NCBI GenBank assembly: GCA_963668025.2
Contig: CAXXTH010000023.1
Span: 352,001 to 416,000 of the forward strand
From: Candidatus Hydrogenedentota bacterium
Lineage (GTDB): Bacteria > Hydrogenedentota > Hydrogenedentia > Hydrogenedentales > SLHB01
DNA: 64,000 nt
Direction of reading: 5' to 3'
Position numbers and translations under genes: made by a program. Of this stretch, positions 18,786 through 29,210 are shown in pieces. Position 1 is the stretch's first letter; every line of letters starts with the position of its first letter. The notes under the pieces were generated by a model that saw only the letters and a list, made by a program, of their open reading frames with translations, was not told the origin of the DNA and did not search any database.

Positions 18786-19547
18786 TTAGGATTTGTCGCT
18801 GCTTGGCGAAAATATAGGCGTCCGCACCATCCCCATCCGGGCCAGCCGGAACGTGGCGGCCGTGGACAGGCAGCCGAAGCCATAGCGCACACTACGCCGG
18901 AAGTTGATGGATGACGCCTCCGCGAAATAGAGCGTCGGACAGGTCACCTCCGCAATCGTGTAATCCAGCCACAGGATCTGCGCCAGCATCTGGTTGTCAA
19001 AAACGAAATCATTCGAGTTGGCTTCAAGCGGGAGCCGTTCGAGCAGTTCGCGCGAGAACGCCCGGTAGCCGGTGTGGTACTCCGACAGCTTCGCGCCCAT
19101 CAGCACATTTTCGGCCAGCGTCAGAAACCGGTTCGACACATATTTCCACACTGGCATGCCGTCTCGCATGGCGCGCCCGCCCAGAATGCGCGAACCCAGC
19201 ACGCAATGGTATAGCCCATTCCCGATGAGGCATGCCATGGCCGGGATCAGCTTGGGCGTGTATTGGTAATCCGGATGCACCATGATGATGATATCCGCGC
19301 CGAGTTCAAGGGCCATGCGGTAGCAGGTTTTCTGATTGCCCCCATATCCCAGGTTGTGCTCATGGGTATGGACATGCGTTTGGGGCAGCGTGCGCGCAAT
19401 GTCCACTGTATGGTCCTTGCTTGCGTCATCCACCAGCACCACCTCGTCCACGACGCCTTGCGCCATGACTTCCTCATGCGTCCGCTGGAGTGTGGCCTCG
19501 GCATTATACGCGGGCATCACCACGACAACCTTTTTATTCCCAAACAT
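18786..19547 (-). CDS. Glycosyltransferase family 2 (DPM1-like)
   Basis: VVMPAYN, VDDAS, NLGYGGNQKTCY, HPDYQY; GGAGG RBS. Confidence 0.92.
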   Translation of the reverse strand: MFGNKKVVVVMPAYNAEATLQRTHEEVMAQGVVDEVVLVDDASKDHTVDIARTLPQTHVHTHEHNLGYGGNQKTCYRMALELGADIIIMVHPDYQYTPKLIPAMACLIGNGLYHCVLGSRILGGRAMRDGMPVWKYVSNRFLTLAENVLMGAKLSEYHTGYRAFSRELLERLPLEANSNDFVFDNQMLAQILWLDYTIAEVTCPTLYFAEASSINFRRSVRYGFGCLSTAATFRLARMGMVRTPIFSPSSDKS

Positions 19548-19960
19548 ACCACATCCTCCCGCTACTTCATGCCTGGCTTGTGTTTTTCCCTCACGGAATG
19601 CTGATTCGGCTAAGACTACCCTCTGGGAGAGCCGCGCTGCAAGCCCGCTCGTGAAAAAAATGGGTATTTTCAGCCTAATCTCCGGGCAAGGCCCCTCATT
19701 TTCTGACAAACAGGCGCATTAGCTCGAACAAGCAGGCATCGTTATCGTGTAACATGGAATGCGCAGGCTCCCCTGCTTGGTGGAGTTGAGTCATTTTCAA
19801 CGCACAAGGCGCAAAGAAACTTCGTCATATTCACCCCTTCGCGCGTGAGACTTACTCCAGCAGGCCTGGGCCGAGAGTAGTATGAATGTAGTAGCAGGCG
19901 TCCACGACCGATTTGGCTATTTCATTTTCAGTCATGCCGTCTCTCCCGTCGACTTTTTTA

Positions 19961-20036
19961 TCTCACGCAAAGGCGCTAAGGCGCAAAGAAACCTTGTCAT
20001 GCCCCCCCCTTTGCGCCTTCGCGCCTTTGCGTGAGA
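19961..20036. repeat. Long palindrome built from 9-mers (AAGGCGCAA-like)
   Basis: TCTCACGCAAAGGCGCTAAGGCGCAAAG...CTTTGCGCCTTCGCGCCTTTGCGTGAGA, 27/28 paired; degenerate copies near 19795-19850 and 21970-22002. Confidence 0.8.
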
Positions 20037-20152
20037 AATTCTTTTCGTATCAATTAGCCGGAATAACTCCCGATTTTTTCCATATAACTACCCCTATGCT
20101 TCATCATGGTCTATTATCCATGGATAGAATAAAAGCATCCTTTTCTGTTGGC

Positions 20153-21883
20153 TTATTTGTTCGCTTTTTTCTTTTTTTCTTTGTATTCTTTGTATTCTTT
20201 GTATTCTTTATATTCTTTATATTTTAGGCCATTAGCGTCGGGGTCAGGCGTAATAGCTCCCGATTTTATCAATTCTTCCATTCGTTGATTTGGATGCACC
20301 GCAGATGAAAAATCAAAGTTTAACTCGGTGATTTGTCCATCCCGCAGAATCACGCGCTGGCAAATTGGCTTGGGATCTGCTTCCACCCCTTCTATTATTG
20401 ATATCATTCCAGAACTACAGAACGCAACCACATCATACTCTCCAGGAGGCAGGTTCAGGATCTCGAACTGGCTGCCTCCACCAGCATCCCAAGTTGTAGC
20501 AACGAGCCCTTTGTCATTCTCAGGCCCGGAGTTGGTGGGCGCTGTACCGGCGTCATAGACTTTGATGGTATAAGAGAAGTCATCTGCTTTGGCATAAGTG
20601 CCCCGGATGCCGCATGAGCCCATGATATCTATGTTCGCTCGCACTGTATCTCCCGGCGGCACATTGACTGTCATATGGTTTCCTGATGTCGTATCCGCAT
20701 TGTAGGCATTCGTAAACTGGTATTCCGCTCTAACTAGGTACGAACCAGCAGCTAGATTATCTATAGTAAAGGAGCCATCTGCTAATGTGATGGGCATTGC
20801 TGTTCTTGAACGATGGACGATATTGCCATCGGGATCAAGCTGCTTTATCGAGACCTTCACGTGCTTCGCCAGAGGTATTCCATCTTTTAGCACATCGTCC
20901 TTGAGCGGAACTCCATTCACGGTGACATAACCTTCGATGCGTCCAAATCCATCCAGGTAGATAATGCCCAGGTCGGTGTCTTCGCCGGAGGTTATCGTGA
21001 TGTCCGGCAGTTCCTGGGCCACATAGCCAAATGATGCGACGGATATCTTCGCCACGCCGGGCTCTAGATGGGTGATCTGAAAACGCCCCTCCCCCAAGTC
21101 ACACTTGGGTACGCCCGTTAAACCATCCGCGCCGTCGTTTCGGGTTAATTCCAGCACGCACGAATGAAAATCGTCGAAAGGTTTCTTGGAGTAACTCTTG
21201 CACACCTGCCCGGAGATAGTGCCAAGTTTGATCACATGCACTTGCAACTTTTTGTTGCTGGGCTCCATTCCCGTGAGATGGCCCTCCTGGTATTCCTCAT
21301 GGGTGAAACTCAACGCGAGTTTGCCCTCCGGCAGACCCATCAAGCGGAAATCGCCCTTGGCATTGGTGGTGGTTTTCGCGAATATCCCGTTGGTGCCGCC
21401 TACGAGCGCCACTTGGACGCCTTCGACGGGGGCGTCGGATATAGAGTCCTTCACATTCCCTGCGATAACGCTCTTTTCCGGATTAGGAATGCGCACGTTT
21501 ACGTTCTCGATAGGCTCGTTTTCCCGCAACGTACATGCACGGTTTTGGGCGGGCAGCCGGTACAAGGTGGTGTCTTGCATGCACGACACATAAAACAGAT
21601 ATCTCCCGGGGGCGATATCATGAATGCTGAACCGGCCTTCAGGATCGCACTGGACAGGAATAGAGGCTTGCACGCCCTCGGAACTGGCGAGTTCCACCCA
21701 GACGCCCTCGAGCGCGTTACCCGAGATATCCGTCACCTGGCCCGTCACCCAGGTATCGTCTGGCGTCTCTGGCGAAGCCGTAACTTGCGCGGCTTGCAAG
21801 GTTTCATGCGATGTACAGACCAAGAACGCCAAAAGCCCGGCCGCCGCCACGGTCACCAGCATGGATGCAACACGTAATCGCAT
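20153..21883 (-). CDS. Exported protein with carboxypeptidase-regulatory-like (beta-sandwich) repeats
   Basis: N-terminal signal/anchor; GQVTDISGNALEGVWV, GNVKDSISDAPVEGVQV; C-terminal (YKE)5. Confidence 0.85.
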   Translation of the reverse strand: MRLRVASMLVTVAAAGLLAFLVCTSHETLQAAQVTASPETPDDTWVTGQVTDISGNALEGVWVELASSEGVQASIPVQCDPEGRFSIHDIAPGRYLFYVSCMQDTTLYRLPAQNRACTLRENEPIENVNVRIPNPEKSVIAGNVKDSISDAPVEGVQVALVGGTNGIFAKTTTNAKGDFRLMGLPEGKLALSFTHEEYQEGHLTGMEPSNKKLQVHVIKLGTISGQVCKSYSKKPFDDFHSCVLELTRNDGADGLTGVPKCDLGEGRFQITHLEPGVAKISVASFGYVAQELPDITITSGEDTDLGIIYLDGFGRIEGYVTVNGVPLKDDVLKDGIPLAKHVKVSIKQLDPDGNIVHRSRTAMPITLADGSFTIDNLAAGSYLVRAEYQFTNAYNADTTSGNHMTVNVPPGDTVRANIDIMGSCGIRGTYAKADDFSYTIKVYDAGTAPTNSGPENDKGLVATTWDAGGGSQFEILNLPPGEYDVVAFCSSGMISIIEGVEADPKPICQRVILRDGQITELNFDFSSAVHPNQRMEELIKSGAITPDPDANGLKYKEYKEYKEYKEYKEKKKKANK

Positions 21884-22018
21884 GGCCCGCCCTTTCTGTA
21901 GCAGTTAAATTCTGTTAGCCAGAGTAAAGTGGCTTTTTGATGATGCACAAAGATTAACCGTTTTTTGGGGTTCATGCAAAGGCACAAGGCGCGAACGCAA
22001 AGTATCTTAGCGCTACGT

Positions 22019-22204
22019 AGCAGCAACCATAGATCCAGATTTAACCACGAAATACACTAAATACACTAAAATGTAAAGCGTAGGGTGGGGCTTGCCCCAC
22101 CAGTCAAAGGAAGAGCCGGCCAAAACATCATAAAAGACGTATGCCATAACAACTTGATTCCATTTTACTTACACAGAAAATCCTTGCAAGAAAACAAGAT
22201 TTTG
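22019..22204 (+). repeat. REP-containing dispersed repeat, copy A
   Basis: GTAGGGTGGGGCTTGCCCCACC hairpin (22080-22101) plus TTACACAGAAAATCCTTGCAAGAAAACAAGATTTTG tail. Confidence 0.8.
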
Positions 22205-22538
22205 TTTGGTGGCGTTGCAAAAATACATTCTTCTCTATTTCCGCCAATATAGTTTATTCTCGATTGTGCGAAGAAACTGTTTGAAAGAAAGAATTTCCGA
22301 TTTTGCGGAGCTCCGCGTTTTCCTCACCTCTGTGTTAAAAAAATGATCGTCTATATCGAGTTGTAAAGATATCAAGTATGATACAAACAACCTTATCCGG
22401 CGATTTGGGTTTGTATTTTATGCTGTATGTATCCCCCCCGATTGCCGTATACTGATTCGCTTTGCGGCGTGGCGGGGCATCGTGGCTCATTGCTAGAAAA
22501 ATAAGAACGCCGCAATTTCCAACCACAGGAGAGTTTAC

Positions 22539-23708
22539 ATGAAGATGCACACAAGCAGGCCGTTTGGCGTGCTGCTGGCCGCCGCTGTTATCGGATTCGG
22601 CCTGATAGCCCTGTACGCCAATGCACAAGACGCCGAACCAGCCGCTACTGAATCCGCGCAACCTCCGGCGAGCAATGTCACGGTGGAATCCGCGCCATCT
22701 CCAGCGGGAGATGTCTCGGTGGAATCCGCCGCCCCTGCCATTCCGGATACAGTAGCCGATGTGGGTGGCGATAAAATCACGAGCGAAGAGTTCAAACGCA
22801 TTTTGAACAGCAATAAGCAAAGCATGGAAGCGCAAGGCATGCCTTCTACGCTTTCGGATGAACAACAGCGCAGGCTCGTGAATAGCATGATCGACCAGCG
22901 CGTTCTTCTTAGCTTAGCTGCTAAAGCGAATATCGTGGCGGCGGATGCCGATGTGGAAGCGGAAATCGCCCAAATGAAAACGCAGTTGCCCTCGGAAGAC
23001 ATGTTTCCCGCCGCATTAGCCCAAATGGGCGTTACGGTGGATGAATTTACGGCAACAGTTCGCAAACAATTGGCCGTCGAAAAATATATCGAAAACGCGA
23101 CGAAGGATCTCGCCCTGACGGATCAAGAGATGACGGAAGGGTATGAAAAGCTCAAAGCGAAGGGCCAGCTCGATAGGCCTGAAGAGACATTCGACGTTTC
23201 CCACATCCTCGTGAAAGTGGATGGCAAAGACGAAGCAAAATGGGAAGAAGGCAAGAAAAAAATCGATGCCGCCCGTGAACGGATTACAAAAGGCGAAGCG
23301 TTTGCGGATGTAGCGAAGGAAGTATCGGAAGATCCCGGCTCGGCTAAAGATGGCGGCGCGTATACCGATGTTGCTAAGGGCATGATGGTTCCCGAGTTTG
23401 ATAAGGCCATGGCAGAGACGCCGATAGGCCAGATCAGCGAACCTTTCCGCACCGAATTCGGCTGGCACATTCTCACCGTAACAGGCAAGAATGCCCCTGG
23501 CACGGCGACGATGGAAGAAGTGAAGGACCGGCTTGAGCAGTATCTGATGAATAGCAAGAAAAAAGAAGCCGTGGCCAAACTGCTTTCAGACGCTAAAGCT
23601 GGTATGGACATCAAAGTGTATTATCCGGCTGCGAAGCCTGCGGACGCCGCCCAGCCGGCTCCTGCCGCTGATGCCGCTGCCCCAGCCGCCATGCTCGAAG
23701 CGCAATAA
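22539..23708 (+). CDS. PpiC-type peptidyl-prolyl isomerase (PrsA/SurA-like foldase)
   Basis: SHILVK, FADVAKEVSEDPGS, MVPEF, TEFGWHIL. Confidence 0.92.
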   Translation: MKMHTSRPFGVLLAAAVIGFGLIALYANAQDAEPAATESAQPPASNVTVESAPSPAGDVSVESAAPAIPDTVADVGGDKITSEEFKRILNSNKQSMEAQGMPSTLSDEQQRRLVNSMIDQRVLLSLAAKANIVAADADVEAEIAQMKTQLPSEDMFPAALAQMGVTVDEFTATVRKQLAVEKYIENATKDLALTDQEMTEGYEKLKAKGQLDRPEETFDVSHILVKVDGKDEAKWEEGKKKIDAARERITKGEAFADVAKEVSEDPGSAKDGGAYTDVAKGMMVPEFDKAMAETPIGQISEPFRTEFGWHILTVTGKNAPGTATMEEVKDRLEQYLMNSKKKEAVAKLLSDAKAGMDIKVYYPAAKPADAAQPAPAADAAAPAAMLEAQ

Positions 23709-23734
23709 GCGCACCTCGATTACGTGACAACCGA

Positions 23735-23770
23735 AAGGGAGCCGTCTAGATCCAGACGGCTCCCTTCTTG
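23735..23770. terminator. Intrinsic terminator
   Basis: AAGGGAGCCGTCT-AGATCC-AGACGGCTCCCTT. Confidence 0.75.
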
Positions 23771-23785
23771 CTTGATAGAGCGGAA

Positions 23786-24925
23786 TTATAGGGCCACTGC
23801 CGAGGCCATTTTTTGTGATTCCAGCGCCGCCGTGAACAAGCGGTGGCTCAACGCGGCCTCTTCAGGCGTCGCCACCCCCGCGAACTTCTTCACCGGTTTC
23901 CCATGCACGAGCTCATACAGATATGCCGCCCACATCTGCAAAATGGCATCCGTGAACCCGAACTCGAAAATGCCGCCGGTGATCGCTTTAAAGGCGGATG
24001 CATACCCGGGCAGCACATGCGTCCAATCCTGGCGTTCATTCTCGTACTTCATTACCTCGATACGCGTTGGGCAAGCTGTTGAGAAACGCGCGCAGCCTTC
24101 CAGCCCCTTCACCTCCAGATACCACGTATTCATTTCGCCCGGCGCGATCCGCTGGGTCTTTAGCGTGAGCGGGAACGTGCCGCCCGCCGGGTCCGTGGCT
24201 TCACACAGCAGCGTGGCGTTGTCCCAGGTTTCGCAAGGAACCCGCCCGCCTTTGCCATCAGGGCGTTCGGGGATCAAGTTCGACAGCACGGCGCGTACAT
24301 TCTGAGGAATCCAGCCAGCCCGGAAAGGTACATGGCATACATGCATGCCCAGATCGCCCATGACGCCATATGCGCCATTAAACTGGATCATGCGCTTCCA
24401 ATTGATCGGCTTATCCGGATTCAGATCGCTCGAATGGAGAAATCCCGCGTTCACCTCGATAAGCCGCCCGAAGAAGCCGGATTCGATCAGATCGCCCATG
24501 CGCTGCATGGCGGGATAAAACGGAAACTCGGAACAGCAGCGTACAAACGCATTGGGATGCTCCGCGATGCATGCCATGATGGCGTCATTGGCCGCCTTGT
24601 CGATGCCGAATGGTTTCTCGCCGAAGAGGTGTTTGCCCGCCCGGATGATGTCACAATAGATCTGTTCATGCAGGTTATGCGGCACGGCGCAATAGATGGC
24701 GTCCACATCTGGACTTGCAAGCAGTTCATGGTAGTCGGACGTGTACAGCTTCACGGTGCTGAAATGCCCCCGGAACCAGTCGAACAGGCCTGGATTCATA
24801 TCGCAAGCCGCGACAATCTCCGGTCGCACGTCCATGTCGGTCAGATGGCACCACCGGGCCGCCGCGCTTGCGAACTCGCGCCCCATCAATCCACAGCCAA
24901 TAATCCCAAAACGAATCGTCTTCAT
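23786..24925 (-). CDS. Gfo/Idh/MocA family oxidoreductase
   Basis: GIIGCGLMG, GKHLFGEKP, DLGMH. Confidence 0.92.
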   Translation of the reverse strand: MKTIRFGIIGCGLMGREFASAAARWCHLTDMDVRPEIVAACDMNPGLFDWFRGHFSTVKLYTSDYHELLASPDVDAIYCAVPHNLHEQIYCDIIRAGKHLFGEKPFGIDKAANDAIMACIAEHPNAFVRCCSEFPFYPAMQRMGDLIESGFFGRLIEVNAGFLHSSDLNPDKPINWKRMIQFNGAYGVMGDLGMHVCHVPFRAGWIPQNVRAVLSNLIPERPDGKGGRVPCETWDNATLLCEATDPAGGTFPLTLKTQRIAPGEMNTWYLEVKGLEGCARFSTACPTRIEVMKYENERQDWTHVLPGYASAFKAITGGIFEFGFTDAILQMWAAYLYELVHGKPVKKFAGVATPEEAALSHRLFTAALESQKMASAVAL

Positions 24926-24985
24926 CCTGCATGTCTCCCCTTAATGGCTAAAGCAATCACCTTCACATAACGCATATTCAACGAT

Positions 24986-25729
24986 TTAGCTTACATTGTA
25001 ACCGCGCGCCAGCCAGGCCAGAAATTCCCGGTTGCCTGCTGGCCCTAAGAGTGGAGATGGTATAACACCTTTCGATGTAAAACCCAATGCGGCGGCCCCA
25101 GCCAGCACATCCTGGATAACCTCTTCATGGACCGATGCGTCCCGCACGACTCCGCCTTTGCCCACCCGCTCCGGCCCAGCTTCGAACTGGGGTTTGATCA
25201 AGACGATCCCCTCTGCTTCTGGCGCAATCAATCCCGCCAGTGGCGGAAGAACAAGGCGCAACGAGATGAACGAACAATCCGCCGTAAAAAAGCCCGGTTG
25301 TTCTGGCAAAGCATCTGGTGAGAGGTGGCGGATATTGGTGCGTTCGAGCACCACCACCCGGGGATCCTCGCGCAATTTCCATGCAAGCTGGCCATACCCC
25401 ACATCCACCGCATACACCCGCGCCGCGCCATGCTGGAGGAGGCAGTCGGTGAATCCGCCCGTGGATGCGCCCACATCGATTGCCACTCGTCCTTCGGCGG
25501 CAACAGGGAAAGCCACAAAGGCGGCTTCGAGTTTTTCCCCGCCCCGGCTCACGAACCGGGCCTCATCACGAATGGCGAGCGGCGTATCATCGGGCAGGCG
25601 CATGCCAGGCTTATCGAGTTTGTTTCCGGCCTGATCATACACATAGCCAGTCTGGATCAAGCCTTGGGCTTTAGAACGGCTCACGCCGGCCTGCCGTTGT
25701 ACGAGGATGTCCAGCCGCTCCCGTTCCAT
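24986..25729 (-). CDS. tlyA: TlyA family rRNA methyltransferase
   Basis: S4 domain, FVSRGGEKL, DVGASTGGFTD, LIKPQFEA. Confidence 0.95.
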   Translation of the reverse strand: MERERLDILVQRQAGVSRSKAQGLIQTGYVYDQAGNKLDKPGMRLPDDTPLAIRDEARFVSRGGEKLEAAFVAFPVAAEGRVAIDVGASTGGFTDCLLQHGAARVYAVDVGYGQLAWKLREDPRVVVLERTNIRHLSPDALPEQPGFFTADCSFISLRLVLPPLAGLIAPEAEGIVLIKPQFEAGPERVGKGGVVRDASVHEEVIQDVLAGAAALGFTSKGVIPSPLLGPAGNREFLAWLARGYNVS

Positions 25730-25732
25730 GGA

Positions 25733-26209
25733 TTAACCGGCTGGCAGCAGCAGCGCCACCGCTTGGGCGCTGATGGCTTCTTCGCGCCCTTCCGGCCCCA
25801 CATGCTCATTGGTCTTGGCTTTCACGGATACGCATCCCATCGGCATCCCGAGGCATGCGGCCAGATTCTCACGCATGGCGGGGATATGGGGATTCAGCTT
25901 AGGCCGTTGCGCCACGATATTGGCGTCAATATTACCGATGCGCCAGCCTGCCTGGGCGAGCAATGCGGCGGCCGCCGCCAGCAGCTTCATGCTGTCCGCG
26001 TTCTTATACTGAGGATCCGTGTCGGGGAACAGCATGCCGATATTGCCCAGCGCGGCTGCGCCCAACAGCGCGTCGATGATGGCATGCGCCAGCGCATCCG
26101 CGTCGGAATGCCCCATGAGGCCTTTCTCGAATGGTATCTGCACCCCTCCAAGAATCAGCGCGCGCCCCGCCTCGAGCCGGTGCAGATCATATCCAATTCC
26201 TATGCGCAT
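25733..26209 (-). CDS. ispF: 2-C-methyl-D-erythritol 2,4-cyclodiphosphate synthase
   Basis: GYDLH, GHSDAD..HA..DALLGA, VKAKTNE. Confidence 0.96.
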   Translation of the reverse strand: MRIGIGYDLHRLEAGRALILGGVQIPFEKGLMGHSDADALAHAIIDALLGAAALGNIGMLFPDTDPQYKNADSMKLLAAAAALLAQAGWRIGNIDANIVAQRPKLNPHIPAMRENLAACLGMPMGCVSVKAKTNEHVGPEGREEAISAQAVALLLPAG

Positions 26210-26231
26210 CAAGAACCGCTCTCCATAATCC

Positions 26232-26927
26232 CTATGGCTTCACCAATCCGGCTTGGAATAGGCACCGGGCCATATCGAGATCCCCAGGCGTCGTAACCTT
26301 AAAATTCATGGGGGTTCCTCGGACCAGCTTAACGCGCCCGCCACAACGGCGGACTAATGAGGCGTCATCCGTGCCTGCGAACCCGTCCCGCCGCGCTTGA
26401 GCGTGGGCGGCGCGGATCACTTCGACGCGGAACACCTGGGGAGTCTGGCATGCCCAGAGCATCCGGCGGTCGGGCGTATCGCATAAAAAGCCTTCGGCGT
26501 CCGATACAAGAATGGTGTCAATACTGGGCACGGCCACCGTGGCGGCGCCCCAGCGCGCGGCGGCATCAAGGGCCTCACGCACCGAGTCCATGGATATAAA
26601 AGGCCGGGCGGCATCATGTATGGCCACGACATCCGTGGAAGGCTCGATCATCGCCAAGCCATTTTCCACCGAGAGCTGGCGCTCCGCGCCGCCGCCAGCC
26701 AGATTAAAACAGACGCCGGGAAAAGCGGCCTCGAGTGCGCTCTGAAAATCCTCCCGGTATTCCGAGGGGATCACGATCACGGCATTGTCGATAAGCCCCA
26801 GCGGCGCAAAGCGTTCAAGGGTTCGGACCAGCATGGGCGCGCCCGCTAGGCTGACAAGGGCTTTCGGGCCAGAAGCGCCCAGCCGCAGGCCCATGCCCGC
26901 GGCTGGAATCATCAATTGAGGTTTCAC
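26232..26927 (-). CDS. ispD: 2-C-methyl-D-erythritol 4-phosphate cytidylyltransferase
   Basis: [34 protein letters not shown]. Confidence 0.95.
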   Translation of the reverse strand: MKPQLMIPAAGMGLRLGASGPKALVSLAGAPMLVRTLERFAPLGLIDNAVIVIPSEYREDFQSALEAAFPGVCFNLAGGGAERQLSVENGLAMIEPSTDVVAIHDAARPFISMDSVREALDAAARWGAATVAVPSIDTILVSDAEGFLCDTPDRRMLWACQTPQVFRVEVIRAAHAQARRDGFAGTDDASLVRRCGGRVKLVRGTPMNFKVTTPGDLDMARCLFQAGLVKP

Positions 26928-27967
26928 GACATGATGTTCTGGAGCTTCGTGAAGATCATACGTCCGGCCGATGTCTGGAGGACGCTCGTAACCACCACCG
27001 ATACATCCCGGCCCACATAATTCCGGCCGCCGTCCACGACCACCATCGTGCCGTCATCGAGATACCCCACACCTTGCAGGGCCTCTTTCCCTTGCTTCAC
27101 AATTTTCACTTCCATCATTTCATCCGGAAGCACCGCTGGCTTGAGGGCGTTAGCCAGGTCATTGATATTTAATACATCGACGCCTTCAATCTGGGCGACC
27201 TTATTCAGATTCAGGTCATTGGTGAGGATCTTGGCCCCATATTCCCGGGCCAGTTTCACCAATTTGCCATCCACTTCCTCGACGCCCACGGGGTCGTCTT
27301 CGACTACAATGAGCTTGACGCAACTGGTGGGCTCTTGTAGCTCTTTCAAGATATCGAGCCCCCGGCGTCCGCGCGCCCGCCGCAGCACATCGCTCGAATC
27401 GGCTATGCCTTGGAGTTCTTTCAGCACAAAGCGCGGCACCAGCAGCGTTCCCTCGATAAATCCAGTCAGGCAGATATCAGAAATGCGCCCATCAATAATC
27501 ACGCTCGTGTCGACCAGCTTCAACGATTTGCCACCCATTTCCCTGCGGTGGACGGCGCGGATCAACGATTCCCAATTCGATGCGCGCGTGAGGCCGAGCA
27601 GCGTACCCACAAATCCGAAAATCAGCACCAATGTGAGAATGGTGAATGTCTTGAACAAGGGATCCGTTTCGGGCAGGTAATAATCAAATACGAACTGGCC
27701 AATGGAAAAGCCTGTCACCAGGGCCAATGCAACGGCGATCAGTGCGGGCGAAATCCGTTCAAACATCTCTTGGGTCACATATCGCAAGAGCAAGATGATA
27801 AGAAATCCGGCCGCAAGGCCTACAAGCGCGCCTACCACGCACCACGGCAGGATTTGTGCGATTCGGGCGTCACCGGCTTGAAGCCTGGGCACGAGATAGA
27901 ACGCCCATACGCTGCCCATGATGCCGCATGCGAATACAAATATCGTTCGGATTATTTTGACTGCCAT
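26924..27967 (-). CDS. Membrane PIN/TRAM domain protein (YacL-like)
   Basis: 4 TMs, DTSVIIDGRI, TNDLNLNKVA, YLDDGTMVVV; conserved position before ispD. Confidence 0.93.
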   Translation of the reverse strand: MAVKIIRTIFVFACGIMGSVWAFYLVPRLQAGDARIAQILPWCVVGALVGLAAGFLIILLLRYVTQEMFERISPALIAVALALVTGFSIGQFVFDYYLPETDPLFKTFTILTLVLIFGFVGTLLGLTRASNWESLIRAVHRREMGGKSLKLVDTSVIIDGRISDICLTGFIEGTLLVPRFVLKELQGIADSSDVLRRARGRRGLDILKELQEPTSCVKLIVVEDDPVGVEEVDGKLVKLAREYGAKILTNDLNLNKVAQIEGVDVLNINDLANALKPAVLPDEMMEVKIVKQGKEALQGVGYLDDGTMVVVDGGRNYVGRDVSVVVTSVLQTSAGRMIFTKLQNIMS

Positions 27968-28027
27968 ATATTTTACCTCCTGTATGATTAATTCTATGTA
28001 TGTATGAAAACACAAAGCGCTTTCCGC

Positions 28028-28876
28028 TTACAACTTGCCAATACAGCCCTTTACGATCCGGGTCAATTTAGGCTCGGCCGCATTCGCGATGGCGATGATT
28101 TTATCGATATTCGCCGCTTCAAGGGCGTCCGGCAGGCACATATCGGTGATAGCGGAGAAGCCGAGCACCCGCAGGCCCGCATGCACCGCCACGATCACCT
28201 CCGGTACGGTGCTCATGCCCACGGCGTCCGCGCCGATGATCCGCATGAAGCGGTATTCGGCCCGCGTTTCCAGGGATGGTCCCGGGCATGCAATGTAGAC
28301 GCCCCGCTGGACCTTGATTCCTTCGGCAAGCGCCACCGACTCCGCCAGCGCGATCAACTCGCGCGTATACGGCTCGCTCATATCCGGGAACCGGGGCCCA
28401 AGGCTGTCGTCATTCGGCCCAATCAGCGGATTATCGCCCATAAAATTGATATGGTCCGTGATAAGCATGATGTCGCCGCCTTGGAATTGCGGATTCAATC
28501 CGCCTGCGGCGTTGGACACGATCAGCGTCCGCACCCCGAGCGCCTTCGCCACCCGGATGGGGAAAGTCACTTGCTGCAGCGAATACCCTTCATACGCATG
28601 AAACCGCCCCGACAACGCTACCACGGGATGCCCGTCCAAATGGCCCAGGAGCAATTCACCCGCGTGGGTTTGCACCGTGGAGGTGGGAAAATGAGGTATC
28701 GAGGCGTATTCCAACCGGGCTGTTACTTCGATTTCATCAGCAAGGCCATTGAGCCCTGTCCCGAGCACGATAGCCGTGGCTGGTGCAAGGCCGCAGTTTT
28801 TCCGAATAGACTGTACTGCTTCTTCAATTTGTTGACGTAATTCTGACACGCATATACCCTTTCGCCGCCATGCCAC
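28028..28876 (-). CDS. punA: Purine-nucleoside phosphorylase
   Basis: GRFHAYEG, SNAAGG, GPSLET, VGMSTVPE; start uncertain. Confidence 0.93.
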   Translation of the reverse strand: MAWRRKGICVSELRQQIEEAVQSIRKNCGLAPATAIVLGTGLNGLADEIEVTARLEYASIPHFPTSTVQTHAGELLLGHLDGHPVVALSGRFHAYEGYSLQQVTFPIRVAKALGVRTLIVSNAAGGLNPQFQGGDIMLITDHINFMGDNPLIGPNDDSLGPRFPDMSEPYTRELIALAESVALAEGIKVQRGVYIACPGPSLETRAEYRFMRIIGADAVGMSTVPEVIVAVHAGLRVLGFSAITDMCLPDALEAANIDKIIAIANAAEPKLTRIVKGCIGKL

Positions 28877-28913
28877 GCCTCCGGCGTTGCAGGCCCTTGT
28901 TAATTATAACGCA

Positions 28914-29210
28914 CTACGCCCCTTTGGCCAGCGCCGTGCGCACGGTCTCCATATCTATTCCTGTTATGAGCAGCCTCTTTTCCCGGCTTTTTTCGCCGGA
29001 GACCACTTTGACTGCACGCTTGGCCACGCCGCACAAGCCGGCCACATATACGCATAAAGCCGCATTCGCGGCGCCTTCCACGGGCGGCGCCATCAGCGCG
29101 ATGCGGACTTGGCCATCCGCCTCCATCCGCACGGCATTGCGGGAAGCCCTCGGCTGCACCCGCACTTGCAACTCGACGCCGCCTTCCACCTGGCGGATGG
29201 CGTTTGGCAT
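28914..29210 (-). CDS. DUF167/YggU family protein
   Basis: VRVQPRASR, APPVEGAAN, GEKSREK. Confidence 0.9.
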   Translation of the reverse strand: MPNAIRQVEGGVELQVRVQPRASRNAVRMEADGQVRIALMAPPVEGAANAALCVYVAGLCGVAKRAVKVVSGEKSREKRLLITGIDMETVRTALAKGA

